The notes under the pieces: model-generated
Databases searched by the model: none
Told to the model about the DNA's origin: nothing
The model's input: only the letters and a program-made list of their open reading frames with translations
Made by a program: the position numbers and the translations under genes
In this document: positions 40,367 through 48,593 of the stretch, piece after piece
Layout of the letters: each line of letters opens with the position of its first letter
Position numbering within the stretch: position 1 is the first letter of the stretch
Origin: Acidimicrobiaceae bacterium
GTDB lineage: Bacteria; Actinomycetota; Acidimicrobiia; Acidimicrobiales; Aldehydirespiratoraceae
DNA: 64,000 nucleotides
Assembly: GCA_028820455.1 (NCBI GenBank)
Contig: JAPPJC010000049.1
Location: 39,168 to 103,167 of the forward strand
Direction of reading: 5' to 3'

Positions 40367-40753
40367 TTATGTGTGATGAACTTGAACACCTCGAGCGTGG
40401 GTGGCTAGTGCTTTGAGGTCTTTGATGTCGCCGTTGAGGACGGTACCGTCTGGTTCTGCCATCGCTATTACGACAGCGTCTACGGCAGAGCCGCGGCCTG
40501 CTCGGTCACGCAGGATTCCGGCTCGTCGTGCTACTGGTTCGGGTAGCTCATCAACGATGTCGCAGGCTTTGAGAAAACGGTTCACTGTAGCATCCGTGTG
40601 CTGTCGGCCGGAGAGGCATTCTACGAGTACAACAGTCGGTACTACCGGAGGCCAGAGCCCGTCAGCTCGAAAGGTGCTGATCTTCTCGACCGAGGCGATC
40701 CGCTGGATCGAGAGGTCGGTCACCCCGCCCGAGTCAAGGACCAGTAGTGTCAC
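40367..40753 (-). CDS. vapC: PIN-domain toxin
   Basis: 128 aa. LVLDSGGV..., VVLVECLSG, SAVDAVVIAMA. 4-nt overlap with the upstream small antitoxin gene. Confidence 0.75.
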   Translation of the reverse strand: MTLLVLDSGGVTDLSIQRIASVEKISTFRADGLWPPVVPTVVLVECLSGRQHTDATVNRFLKACDIVDELPEPVARRAGILRDRAGRGSAVDAVVIAMAEPDGTVLNGDIKDLKALATHARGVQVHHT

Positions 40754-41001
40754 AATGATACCTTGCCGGTGCTGCGGTTGAGAATGCGAAGTGCGAGCGC
40801 TTGGGAGCGTGCTAGTCCTTCGGGTGTGGGGTCACCGACTCTCTGGGTTATTTCTTCAAGATACCGGTCGGTTTCGTCTAGTAGTGAGCGGCGACGGATC
40901 TCGGCTCTAGCCGCGTCTGTTAGCAGTTCCGAAGTAGAGATGCCTAGTTCTTTCAAGGCGTTATGGAGTTCATCGGAAAGTTCGATTTCAATTCTAGCCA
41001 T
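40750..41001 (-). CDS. Type II antitoxin partner of the PIN toxin
   Basis: 83 aa, helical (MARIEIELSDELHNALKELGISTSELLTDAARAEIRRR). Translationally coupled to the PIN gene. Confidence 0.65.
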   Translation of the reverse strand: MARIEIELSDELHNALKELGISTSELLTDAARAEIRRRSLLDETDRYLEEITQRVGDPTPEGLARSQALALRILNRSTGKVSL

Positions 41002-41129
41002 CTAGTGATTATACATGTAAATTATTATATTACACTATATTATCTACTTAGTTTGTCATTTTGGGTTGTCCGTCTAAGCTCTTGGAGGAGGCTGGTAAGC
41101 TTTACGAGCGGATCATGCCACCAGCCTCT

Positions 41130-41278
41130 GCATGGGTTGTATCCGATGGTGGATGCGGGGGCGGCCCTTTTGAGCGCGCTGTGGGTTCTGTGGTGATTGT
41201 AGTAGTGTAGGAAGCCTTTGTGGGCTGTTGTGCGTTGTGTTTGTGAGGCTTGGTTTCGTATGTAGCCCATTCTTCGAG
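41130..41278 (-). mobile_element. IS481-like transposase 3' remnant (inverted copy)
   Basis: The reverse strand reads ...EEWATYETKPHKHNAQQPTKAS.. in the DNA match. About 93% identical by eye to 33789-33941. It truncates the neighbouring vapC pseudogene. Confidence 0.7.
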
Positions 41279-41633
41279 CGTTGACGGTGATCGTAGCTGA
41301 CGAAGCCTGCGAGGGCGTCGTCGAGTTGTTCAGCGCAGGCCACGTAGACAGCATCCAGGGATCTCAGTCTCCGGTCGGGGATGCGGCCAGCCCGGTCGAG
41401 CACCGCCGACGTGAGACGGGCCAGATGCACCGCGTTCAGGAGTTCATCACAACGCCTGCGCGTCGACCCCAGCAAGTGAGCACCGCGCGGCGGCGGGCTT
41501 CAGTGCGCAGCAAGTCAGACGGGACGAACGACCGTCCCCGCATCCACCGCTTCAGCTCTTCCGATTCCAGTTCGGCTGTGATCAACTTCACGAAAGCGGA
41601 CGCGTCCAAGAACCACAACTCAGCGTTCTTCAC
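41279..41633 (-). pseudogene. PIN-domain toxin (vapC), frameshifted and 3'-truncated
   Basis: The N-part VKNAELWFLDASAFVKL (ORF 41436..41633) and the C-part LRSLDAVYVACAEQL...FVSYDHRQ (ORF 41113..41475) are in different frames. The gene runs into the IS remnant. Confidence 0.7.
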
Positions 41634-41907
41634 GGCGTAGCTCTGTCAGCCGCTCGCTGGGAGACGACACCTCAGATGACATCACGATCAGCGGTCCCAG
41701 TCTCTCGAAGGCCTCATCAAAACTCTCCGTGGCCAGGGTTCACGAGTCTTTCGTCTGTCAGCCGCTCCAGAGCACCGCTCAGAGGCACTACGGGACTCAG
41801 ACGTGCCACAGTCCCCTAACGGTGATCTCATAGGTCTCTCCTTCCGCCACCCGACGAAGCCACCGACTGGCATGCTGCCGCAACTCCCGAACCCCGATCG
41901 TCTTCAT
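41620..41907 (-). pseudogene. Phd/YefM-type antitoxin with a 4-nt deletion
   Basis: DNA is parallel to the intact copy at 46147..46398 (MKTIGVRELRQHASRWLRRVAEGETYEITVRG...). GAGTGCCTGTGGCGCG is replaced by GACTGTGGCACG, which breaks the frame. Confidence 0.7.
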
Positions 41908-42306
41908 GTGCCACATGATAACACAAAACTCCCGCATTACCGTATTGCAGGGCTCATCCCACTACCCCCTCGGGCCGGGTACAGCGTCCACGGTTGTCGC
42001 CTAGACTAAATTGAAATCCACTAAAGAAGACGCTTGGGATGCTACTAATGCGGGCAGTTATAGTTAGATCAGACCTCGGCGCGAAATATGTAAGTCACAG
42101 TCTAAACCGTGAGACCCAACTACAGGTAGTTCCTCTTTTCGCCGTGGATGCAACGTTTGTGGTTGCCTCGGCTGGTCGGGGAATGCGGTTCGTGTGTGTC
42201 TTTCCGTCTGTTCCGGTGGGCCGGTTACGAGGTTGTGGTGCTGAGGGATTTCGTACGGTGTGGGTAACGTTCGGGTTCGCTGGTTGTCTGGTCGGCGGCG
42301 TCGGAG

Positions 42307-42380
42307 TTGTCCGATTCGTAGCATTCATTCTGTCCGATTCGTACTCTGGGAACTGTCCGATTCGTAGCATTCGTTCTGTC
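42307..42380 (+). repeat. Three direct copies of TGTCCGATTCGTA upstream of the AAA ATPase gene
   Basis: TGTCCGATTCGTAGCATTC(A/G)TTCTGTC occurs at 42307-42333 and 42353-42380, with a partial copy between them. The repeats end about 20 nt before start codon 42400. Confidence 0.6.
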
Positions 42381-42399
42381 TGGGTGGTAGTATCGGGTT

Positions 42400-43674
42400 G
42401 TGGGTTTATATGTTCCCAGGATCGTTGACGCGGAGTTGGACGAATTGACGGCGGGATTGGCGGCGGTCTCCATTGAGGGGCCGAGAGCGGTGGGCAAGAC
42501 CGAGACCGCGTTGCGTCGAGTTGGAACCGCTCACCGTCTCGACGATCCGGTGCAACTCGAGTTGGCTGCAGCCGATCCGAAGCGGCTTACATCCGGTGAA
42601 CCGCCGATACTGATCGACGAGTGGCAACGGGTTCCCTACTCATGGGATCTGGTGCGACGCGCTGTCGACGAAGGGGTAGAGGCGGGCCGGTTCATCCTCA
42701 CCGGCTCAGCCGCTCCCATGCAAGCTCCAAGCCATTCCGGAGCGGGACGCATAGTGACCGTACGGATGCGGCCACTGTCGCTGTCCGAACGCGGTCTGAG
42801 TGACCCCACAGTCAGCCTAGCCGGGCTGCTCGGCGGCACACGGCCCAACCTGTCGGGCGGCACCCACATCGGTTTACAAGACTACACCGAAGAGGTAGTC
42901 AGGTCGGGTTTCCCCGCCATCAGAACCCTTCCCCCGAGATTACAGCGCGCCCAACTCGACGGGTACATCGACCGCATCATCGACCACGACTTCACACAAC
43001 AGGGCCGCAGAGTACGCGACCGCAGATCGCTGCGATCCTGGATGACCGCCTACGCGGCAGCGGGATCCACCACAGCGTCGTTCGACACGATTCGAGACGC
43101 CGCGACACCCGGCGAGACGAACAAACCGGCTAAATCCACAATTCACGCATACCGTCGCATCCTCGAACGGCTGTGGGCGATCGAAGAAGTACCCGCCTGG
43201 CTGCCCACCAGAAACCGCCTGCGTCGCCTAGCCGCTTCGCCATCGCACCAACTCGCCGACCCCGCCCTGTCGGCACGCCTGCTCGGAGTCGGAGCAGACG
43301 CCCTCATAGCAGGCGACGATCCCGGCCCCCGCATACCCCGTGACGGCACCCTGCTGGGAGTGCTGTTCCAGTCGCTCGTCACACTGTCGGTGAGAACATA
43401 CGCCCAAGCCAACGAAGCCCGCGTGTCACATCTGCGCACCCGAGCAGGCGAACACGAGATCGACCTGATAGTCGAACGTGCCGACGGCCGAGTGGTCGCC
43501 TTGGAAGTGAAACTCTCAGCTACCATCAACAACGAAGACACCAGACACATACACTGGCTCGCCAAACAGATCGGCACCGACCTTCTCGACGCCGCGATCA
43601 TCACCACAGGCCCCGAAGCCTACAGACGAAAAGACGGCATAGGCGTCATACCAGCAGCCCTACTAACCGCCTGA
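42400..43674 (+). CDS. AAA ATPase with DUF4143-type C-terminal domain
   Basis: 424 aa. Walker A IEGPRAVGKTETA, ILIDEWQRVP (Walker B-like). C-terminal EIDLIVERADGRVVALEVK is typical of the AAA_14/DUF4143 family. Confidence 0.8.
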   Translation: MGLYVPRIVDAELDELTAGLAAVSIEGPRAVGKTETALRRVGTAHRLDDPVQLELAAADPKRLTSGEPPILIDEWQRVPYSWDLVRRAVDEGVEAGRFILTGSAAPMQAPSHSGAGRIVTVRMRPLSLSERGLSDPTVSLAGLLGGTRPNLSGGTHIGLQDYTEEVVRSGFPAIRTLPPRLQRAQLDGYIDRIIDHDFTQQGRRVRDRRSLRSWMTAYAAAGSTTASFDTIRDAATPGETNKPAKSTIHAYRRILERLWAIEEVPAWLPTRNRLRRLAASPSHQLADPALSARLLGVGADALIAGDDPGPRIPRDGTLLGVLFQSLVTLSVRTYAQANEARVSHLRTRAGEHEIDLIVERADGRVVALEVKLSATINNEDTRHIHWLAKQIGTDLLDAAIITTGPEAYRRKDGIGVIPAALLTA

Positions 43675-43830
43675 CCCACACACTGGCACTAACCCCCCCT
43701 GTTTCCGCGGTTGCAGTTGTTGAGGTGACAGGCTCCAACACTCGACAAGGCGTTCCCGGGAATTCACGGACACGTGCGAGACGTCGTGGCCAGTGCGCAA
43801 CACCCTCCGAGTTCTGCTCCAACCAAATCG

Positions 43831-44062
43831 TTGACGGTGATCGTAGCTGACGAAACCCGCGAGAGCGTCGGTGTTCGCCAAACCCGAAAATTATCCACCA
43901 TTCTCTGGACTGCTAGCACTGCCGCTGTTAGGAGAATCGACGTTCGAGCTCGAAGGTGATGATTCCAGACTGCTATACATCGTCAAGGCGAAAACACTGG
44001 GAGGCAGATGTGTTCTCCCCGTCAAGTCATATCTTAATTTTGAATTGCTTGATCTTGTTCGT
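43831..44062. repeat. Direct repeat copy 1 (vapC-tail fragment plus ~190-bp unit)
   Basis: 43831-43870 matches vapC DNA at 41281-41320. 43866-44062 matches 46830-46973 plus 47111-47160 at about 85% identity by eye. Confidence 0.7.
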
Positions 44063-44078
44063 TGAAGTTGATGGTCAA

Positions 44079-45803
44079 TTACGTCTCCCCACTGGCTGTC
44101 TCGAGATGGGTGACGGGATGGATCTCATAAACAAAGTCGATGATTTGGTCTGCGACCTGAGCTACTGGCATTTGCTTCAGGTTTTCAGCGGAGAGTTTCT
44201 TTTTGAGCATGGGCCATGTCTCCTCGGCTAACTCAATCTTTGAAAACTCGCAGTCCCACCGTCTCCATACAGTCTTTATGTCCTTCTTCTGTTTTCTGGC
44301 TTTCGCTAACTGTTTCTCGATTGCCTCAATCTCTGGTATGCAGTTGCTAATATGATCTGGTTTTCGTTTCGCCACTCTCTGGATTCCCAAGGCTAACTCC
44401 TCATCTGTGAAGTTGGCGAACTCAAAGCATCCACCATCTCCCCAAGTCCTTATAACGACTAGATGCTCGATGTCGGAGCGGCGCACTCTTGTTCGGAACT
44501 CATCTGGCAGAGACTCTATAATACTGTCTACTACCTGTTTGTGCTGCTTTTCCACTTTCTGTGGCGTACTATAACGGCTTTCGGGATCGACCACGACCAC
44601 GAATGCGGTCAAGGGTCGCAGCAATAGAAAAGCATCCCCATGGTCAGGATGCACTTCAGGGATGGCTATTGACCGAGCAACAAGTTTTGGGTCACCGGAT
44701 ACACTCTTGAGATTTACGAACTTCACCAATCTAGAGCTTGATCCAGGAGCGACCAACTTAAGCACACGAGGCACTATCATCATTTCGGTGTCCCCTTCAA
44801 CAGCCACTACGACAGTAGGCGTATTCTCAAGTCGATAGTCCCGTAAGGTTTTTGCCCGTTCAACGTAATCAACTTTTAGTCGATCGGGTAGCAATGGAAA
44901 ACCCTGAGCAGAATACTCCTGTAGCGGCTCTGCATAGCCGTCTGCCGCCAGATCCTCGTAGTATTGGAGGATCATCTCAGCAGCTATTCGTAGTTCCATA
45001 GCATTTAAGGCATCGTATCGGAGATCTTCCCAACGACGTGGAGTGGCTGCTTTAACGACTCGGTGCCAATCACCGAGTGGGTCGAAGGAACGCGCGTTAG
45101 CAAGCCAGAATTCCGCTTGCTCGCGGAGCGTAGTAGGCTTAATACTCGATAAGAGTTGTCGCTCCACATTAGGACTGGAAAGTACATAGTCACGTATTTG
45201 TTCAACCGAACCAATACATGAGATTCTTCCAAGCACCCTGGGCGTGTATCTCGGAGCGAGAACCTCAAGTACTATAGAAAGAGCTCTCATCTTGCGAGTC
45301 ATATCCACATAACTAGGCCGTAGGCGAGGGTGATCGTACACCATCCGGTCATCGAGTATCTGCACATTCCTGTGCAATCGTTCAATGACCGATGATATGC
45401 CCCGTAAGGCTAGAAGCTGAAACCATGAGTAGCGGACCCCAATGTGAAGGGTAAGGGTATGACGGGAGTATGATTTTGGCCATGGTCGAAAACGGGTTTG
45501 TAGAGGATCACGTAACTGACCGTGGAGACTAGCCTCATATAGTATAGATCTGTACATGGAGTACTGCTTAGGAGGATAGAGATCCACACCTGGCTCTACC
45601 TTACGTGCATATATACGAAATAAAGGTATCAGTACACGGATCTTATGTAAATACATAAGTAGATCCCTGTTGACATTGAAACCACGTTTCTTCGCTTCTT
45701 GAATGAATCCATTCACATCTAGTAGAGGTCTCTGGGAAAACGCGAACGGCATAGGCAGCAGATCAAGACTAGAAGGAACGACACCAGGTTTAATCTTGTG
45801 CAT
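44079..45803 (-). CDS. Standalone TOPRIM-like (OLD/DUF4276-type) domain protein with unknown N-terminal half
   Basis: 574 aa. VVVAVEGDTEMMIVPRVL (the EGxTE motif of OLD-type Toprim) followed by FVVVVDPES. The ~330-aa N-terminal region has no motif I recognise. Visibly more AT-rich than its flanks. Confidence 0.6.
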   Translation of the reverse strand: MHKIKPGVVPSSLDLLPMPFAFSQRPLLDVNGFIQEAKKRGFNVNRDLLMYLHKIRVLIPLFRIYARKVEPGVDLYPPKQYSMYRSILYEASLHGQLRDPLQTRFRPWPKSYSRHTLTLHIGVRYSWFQLLALRGISSVIERLHRNVQILDDRMVYDHPRLRPSYVDMTRKMRALSIVLEVLAPRYTPRVLGRISCIGSVEQIRDYVLSSPNVERQLLSSIKPTTLREQAEFWLANARSFDPLGDWHRVVKAATPRRWEDLRYDALNAMELRIAAEMILQYYEDLAADGYAEPLQEYSAQGFPLLPDRLKVDYVERAKTLRDYRLENTPTVVVAVEGDTEMMIVPRVLKLVAPGSSSRLVKFVNLKSVSGDPKLVARSIAIPEVHPDHGDAFLLLRPLTAFVVVVDPESRYSTPQKVEKQHKQVVDSIIESLPDEFRTRVRRSDIEHLVVIRTWGDGGCFEFANFTDEELALGIQRVAKRKPDHISNCIPEIEAIEKQLAKARKQKKDIKTVWRRWDCEFSKIELAEETWPMLKKKLSAENLKQMPVAQVADQIIDFVYEIHPVTHLETASGET

Positions 45804-46146
45804 CTAATACAAATCATCCTCCCTCGAATCTCACACATCCAACGCTACAAATCTGGCGACCCAGATACGCCCCAGTACATCTGATCGAAACAGGTGTGAT
45901 AACTGTAGGCGTTATATCGGGATTGAAAGATCGGAAAATGCTAGGGCCTGGTGGATATATTGCTCAAACAGAACATAACATTCTGTATCCGAAAGGCTTC
46001 ATTCCTGGACGCTGCTCACTCTAGGTCAGCGTCTCTTAAACTGACGGAACAACGGTTTCAGGGTTGTTCCACTCGCTCCCACTCAGGGCATAAGGTGTCA
46101 TGCCGCGACTGCCCTAACTCGCTCCGATAGAAGGTCCTCAGCGAGG

Positions 46147-46398
46147 CTAGTACGCAACTTCGGATGACATCACGATCGGCGGTCCCAGCCTCTCGAAGGC
46201 CTCATCAAAAATCTCCGTAGCCAGGTTCACGAGCCCTTCGTCTATCAGCTGCTCCAGAGCACCGCCCGGAGGCACTACGGGACTCAGACGCGCCACAGGC
46301 ACTCCCCTAACGGTGATCTCATAGGTCTCTCCTTCCGCCACCCGGCGAAGCCACCGACTGGCATGCTGCCGCAACTCCCGAACCCCGATCGTCTTCAT
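46147..46398 (-). CDS. Phd/YefM-type antitoxin (no adjacent toxin)
   Basis: 83 aa. MKTIGVRELRQHASRWLRRVAEGETYEITVRGVPVARLSPV. No PIN or RelE ORF lies downstream. Confidence 0.75.
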   Translation of the reverse strand: MKTIGVRELRQHASRWLRRVAEGETYEITVRGVPVARLSPVVPPGGALEQLIDEGLVNLATEIFDEAFERLGPPIVMSSEVAY

Positions 46399-46829
46399 GT
46401 GCTATCATGATAGCACAAAACGCCCACAACTCCGCTAGCGCGGACGACGAACAGAGCCCCAACGTGGGGAGTGTCGGGTCGTTAACACGACACCGGCGCA
46501 GCATAAGAGGGCCTCACTCTGGCAACTCTCCTGAAGAGCTTCCCGCGCTCTATGTCCAACAGAGTCGCACCCGCCAGAACAATCCTGAACTCTACAACGA
46601 GGAAGTCTTGTATGCTGATTAGGCATCCCTGTTGACCAGTAACGGCGGACGCAGAAGTATGCGAGTCGTGGCCTGTTGGTATCCGACTGGTCAAGTAACG
46701 GACACAGAAGCACCATGCGGTTTCATAGCGAGTTGTAACATCGCAACTGGGTTTTTATGTCTTGCGATGTTTCGGTGGCGAGGTGGGTGAACTCAGGCCA
46801 GGCGATTACGAAGTCGTTGCACGACAGGG

Positions 46830-47160
46830 CGTCGGTGTGCAACAAGTCCGCAAATTACCCACCATTCTCAGGACTACTCGCACTGCCGCTGTCAGGAGAA
46901 TCAACATTCGAGCTCGAAGGTGATGATTCCGGACTGCTGGACATCGTCGAGGTGAAAACACTTGGAGGTAGAGTCTGATTATTAGTAGGTCTAGGCGAAT
47001 ATCCAGCTGCATTTCCGCAGTATCGTTTGCCGATCCTTTGTGATTCACCCTTCGTCTTTGAACCTCGGCTTTTGTTTTTTGATCCTGTTCGGGCTTTCTT
47101 TCGCATCATCTGTGTTCTCCCCGTCAAGTCATATCTTATTTTGAGTCGCTTGATCTCGTT
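46830..47160. repeat. Direct repeat copy 2 with a 137-bp internal insertion
   Basis: Matches 43866-44062. The insertion spans 46974-47110. Confidence 0.7.
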
Positions 47161-47555
47161 GACCGTTGGCGAGTCCTTGAAACTGGGAATTCAAGAAACT
47201 CAACCTCAGACCATTTATCAGTATACCTGCACCAGTCGGATGCAACTGGACGCCAGTCTCCTGGTCGAAATTGAAGGCATAGCTGATATACAAGTCCCGA
47301 TCTCAAAACCACCACCCGCAGCGCACGAAGCAAGTCCTGATCGGAAGGTAGAAAGCTCTAGCGAAGGTATTATTCAAGCAGAACACCACATTCTATATCT
47401 GACAAGCCTAATTTCTGGGATACTGTTCACGCGAGACCAACATCTCAGTTTATTAGCATTGATGTTATTAGCATTGATGAAGGATGGTCAACAGCATCTG
47501 TACAGTTCAAAGTGGAGTGTAGAGATATCGCCACCAAGATTAACATTAAGTGGGA

Positions 47556-48593
47556 TCAGTCGCTATGACCAGCAGAGTGTATAAGGTTGGAAAGGTCAGG
47601 ATTGTCTGGATAGTCATCAAGCATTGCCTCTATTAGTCGCGACAATGTAATGTTTGCACCACCACCGCCACGATTGAGGTCTTGCAATGCTGACCACCAG
47701 ATTGAGTGTCCGTCGCCTGTGACTTGGAGTCTTGAGGGATCGCCTCCGGCACGTTCCCAGATCGAACGATCTGTTGGACCCTGGGGGTATAGTTTCGTCA
47801 CGAGATTGTGGAGCGTGTGGTCGCCTCCAACGGGAGAGACGTGTGAGAGTTTCGCGAGCAGTTCGAATGCGAAGGCCGCGGCATTGGAGGCGGCGATAGT
47901 CTGACTACCGCTTGCATCAGCTGCTGTCTTGTTGTCAAGTAGATCCGAGATCGCTCGGATCGCCAATCCATCAGCTCCCACGGTTGCGGCGGCTTTTGTG
48001 ACGCCCACATCCTCCATGGCAACTGCCACAGCGTCACTGAATGTAGATCGGATGCGGTTGGCGTCAGCAGACTGACTTGAGGCGATGACGCGTTCACCGA
48101 CGACGATCGGAGCTACGATCGCTTTTGGTGTCAAAACGTCAACAGCATCGCAGCGTCGGCGGGATAGCCATGAGCCGTCCGTTGCGATCATCCTCGCGAC
48201 CTGCACGAGCCTAGTCGAGACAGGGCCTACGTCGGGCCTTGATACAACGTGATCGCCTTCGCTTCTCCCAGATTCGGCCCAATAGATTTTGCTAGACGCT
48301 ACAACATCGCCCATCCGTACGTCTTTCACTCCACCAGCTACGCCAACCATGAGCACGATCTTTGACCGTAGGTTTATTGCAGTTTTGGTCGTCAGTGTAG
48401 CAGCGTCAATATTGCCCGGCCCGCATTCAATGATGCCCACGCTTATTGTTGTTGTGTCAGTGGCGAATCGGCCGATATCGACAACCGTTGCTCCTATACT
48501 ACGAGTGCGGAGGCTGTCAAGATGTTCCCGTACGGCGCGGTGCTCTAGTTGCAACGCTGTCACGATCAATGCATCAAGGCGATCGGAGGTCAT
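47556..48593 (-). CDS. Nucleoside phosphorylase-like (PNP_UDP fold) effector fused to a C-terminal effector-associated domain
   Basis: 345 aa. LIVTALQLEH, LMVGVAGGV and AVAMEDVG are typical of PNP/MTA-nucleosidase-like enzymes. The last ~80 aa (LYPQGPTDRSIWERAGGD...LIEAMLDDYPDNPDL) are homologous to the C-terminus of the upstream gene. ATGA overlap. Confidence 0.8.
   Translation of the reverse strand: MTSDRLDALIVTALQLEHRAVREHLDSLRTRSIGATVVDIGRFATDTTTISVGIIECGPGNIDAATLTTKTAINLRSKIVLMVGVAGGVKDVRMGDVVASSKIYWAESGRSEGDHVVSRPDVGPVSTRLVQVARMIATDGSWLSRRRCDAVDVLTPKAIVAPIVVGERVIASSQSADANRIRSTFSDAVAVAMEDVGVTKAAATVGADGLAIRAISDLLDNKTAADASGSQTIAASNAAAFAFELLAKLSHVSPVGGDHTLHNLVTKLYPQGPTDRSIWERAGGDPSRLQVTGDGHSIWWSALQDLNRGGGGANITLSRLIEAMLDDYPDNPDLSNLIHSAGHSD

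Noticed and set aside
39916-40416. 166-aa plus-strand ORF in the gap between hicB and vapC
   Set aside because: It has an Arg/Cys/Gly-rich composition with no motifs. It overlaps the 30-nt repeat motif and the 3' end of vapC, so it is probably non-coding junk between cassettes.
42307-42380. CRISPR array (also considered for the tandem repeats at 24728-24770 and 15128-15172)
   Set aside because: There are only 2-3 short repeat units, no unique spacers of regular length, and no cas genes. The 15-bp repeats are in-frame coding repeats.
42400-45803. AAA ATPase plus TOPRIM protein as a split OLD/Gabija-like pair
   Set aside because: The genes are convergent, not co-oriented. The ATPase is the DUF4143/AAA_14 type rather than the ABC-type ATPase of OLD-family systems.
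47027-47584. 185-aa plus-strand ORF downstream of the PNP effector gene
   Set aside because: It spans the repeat copy, its 137-bp insertion and a 15-bp tandem duplication (47451-47480). It has no motif or plausible start context, so I treat the region as non-coding.
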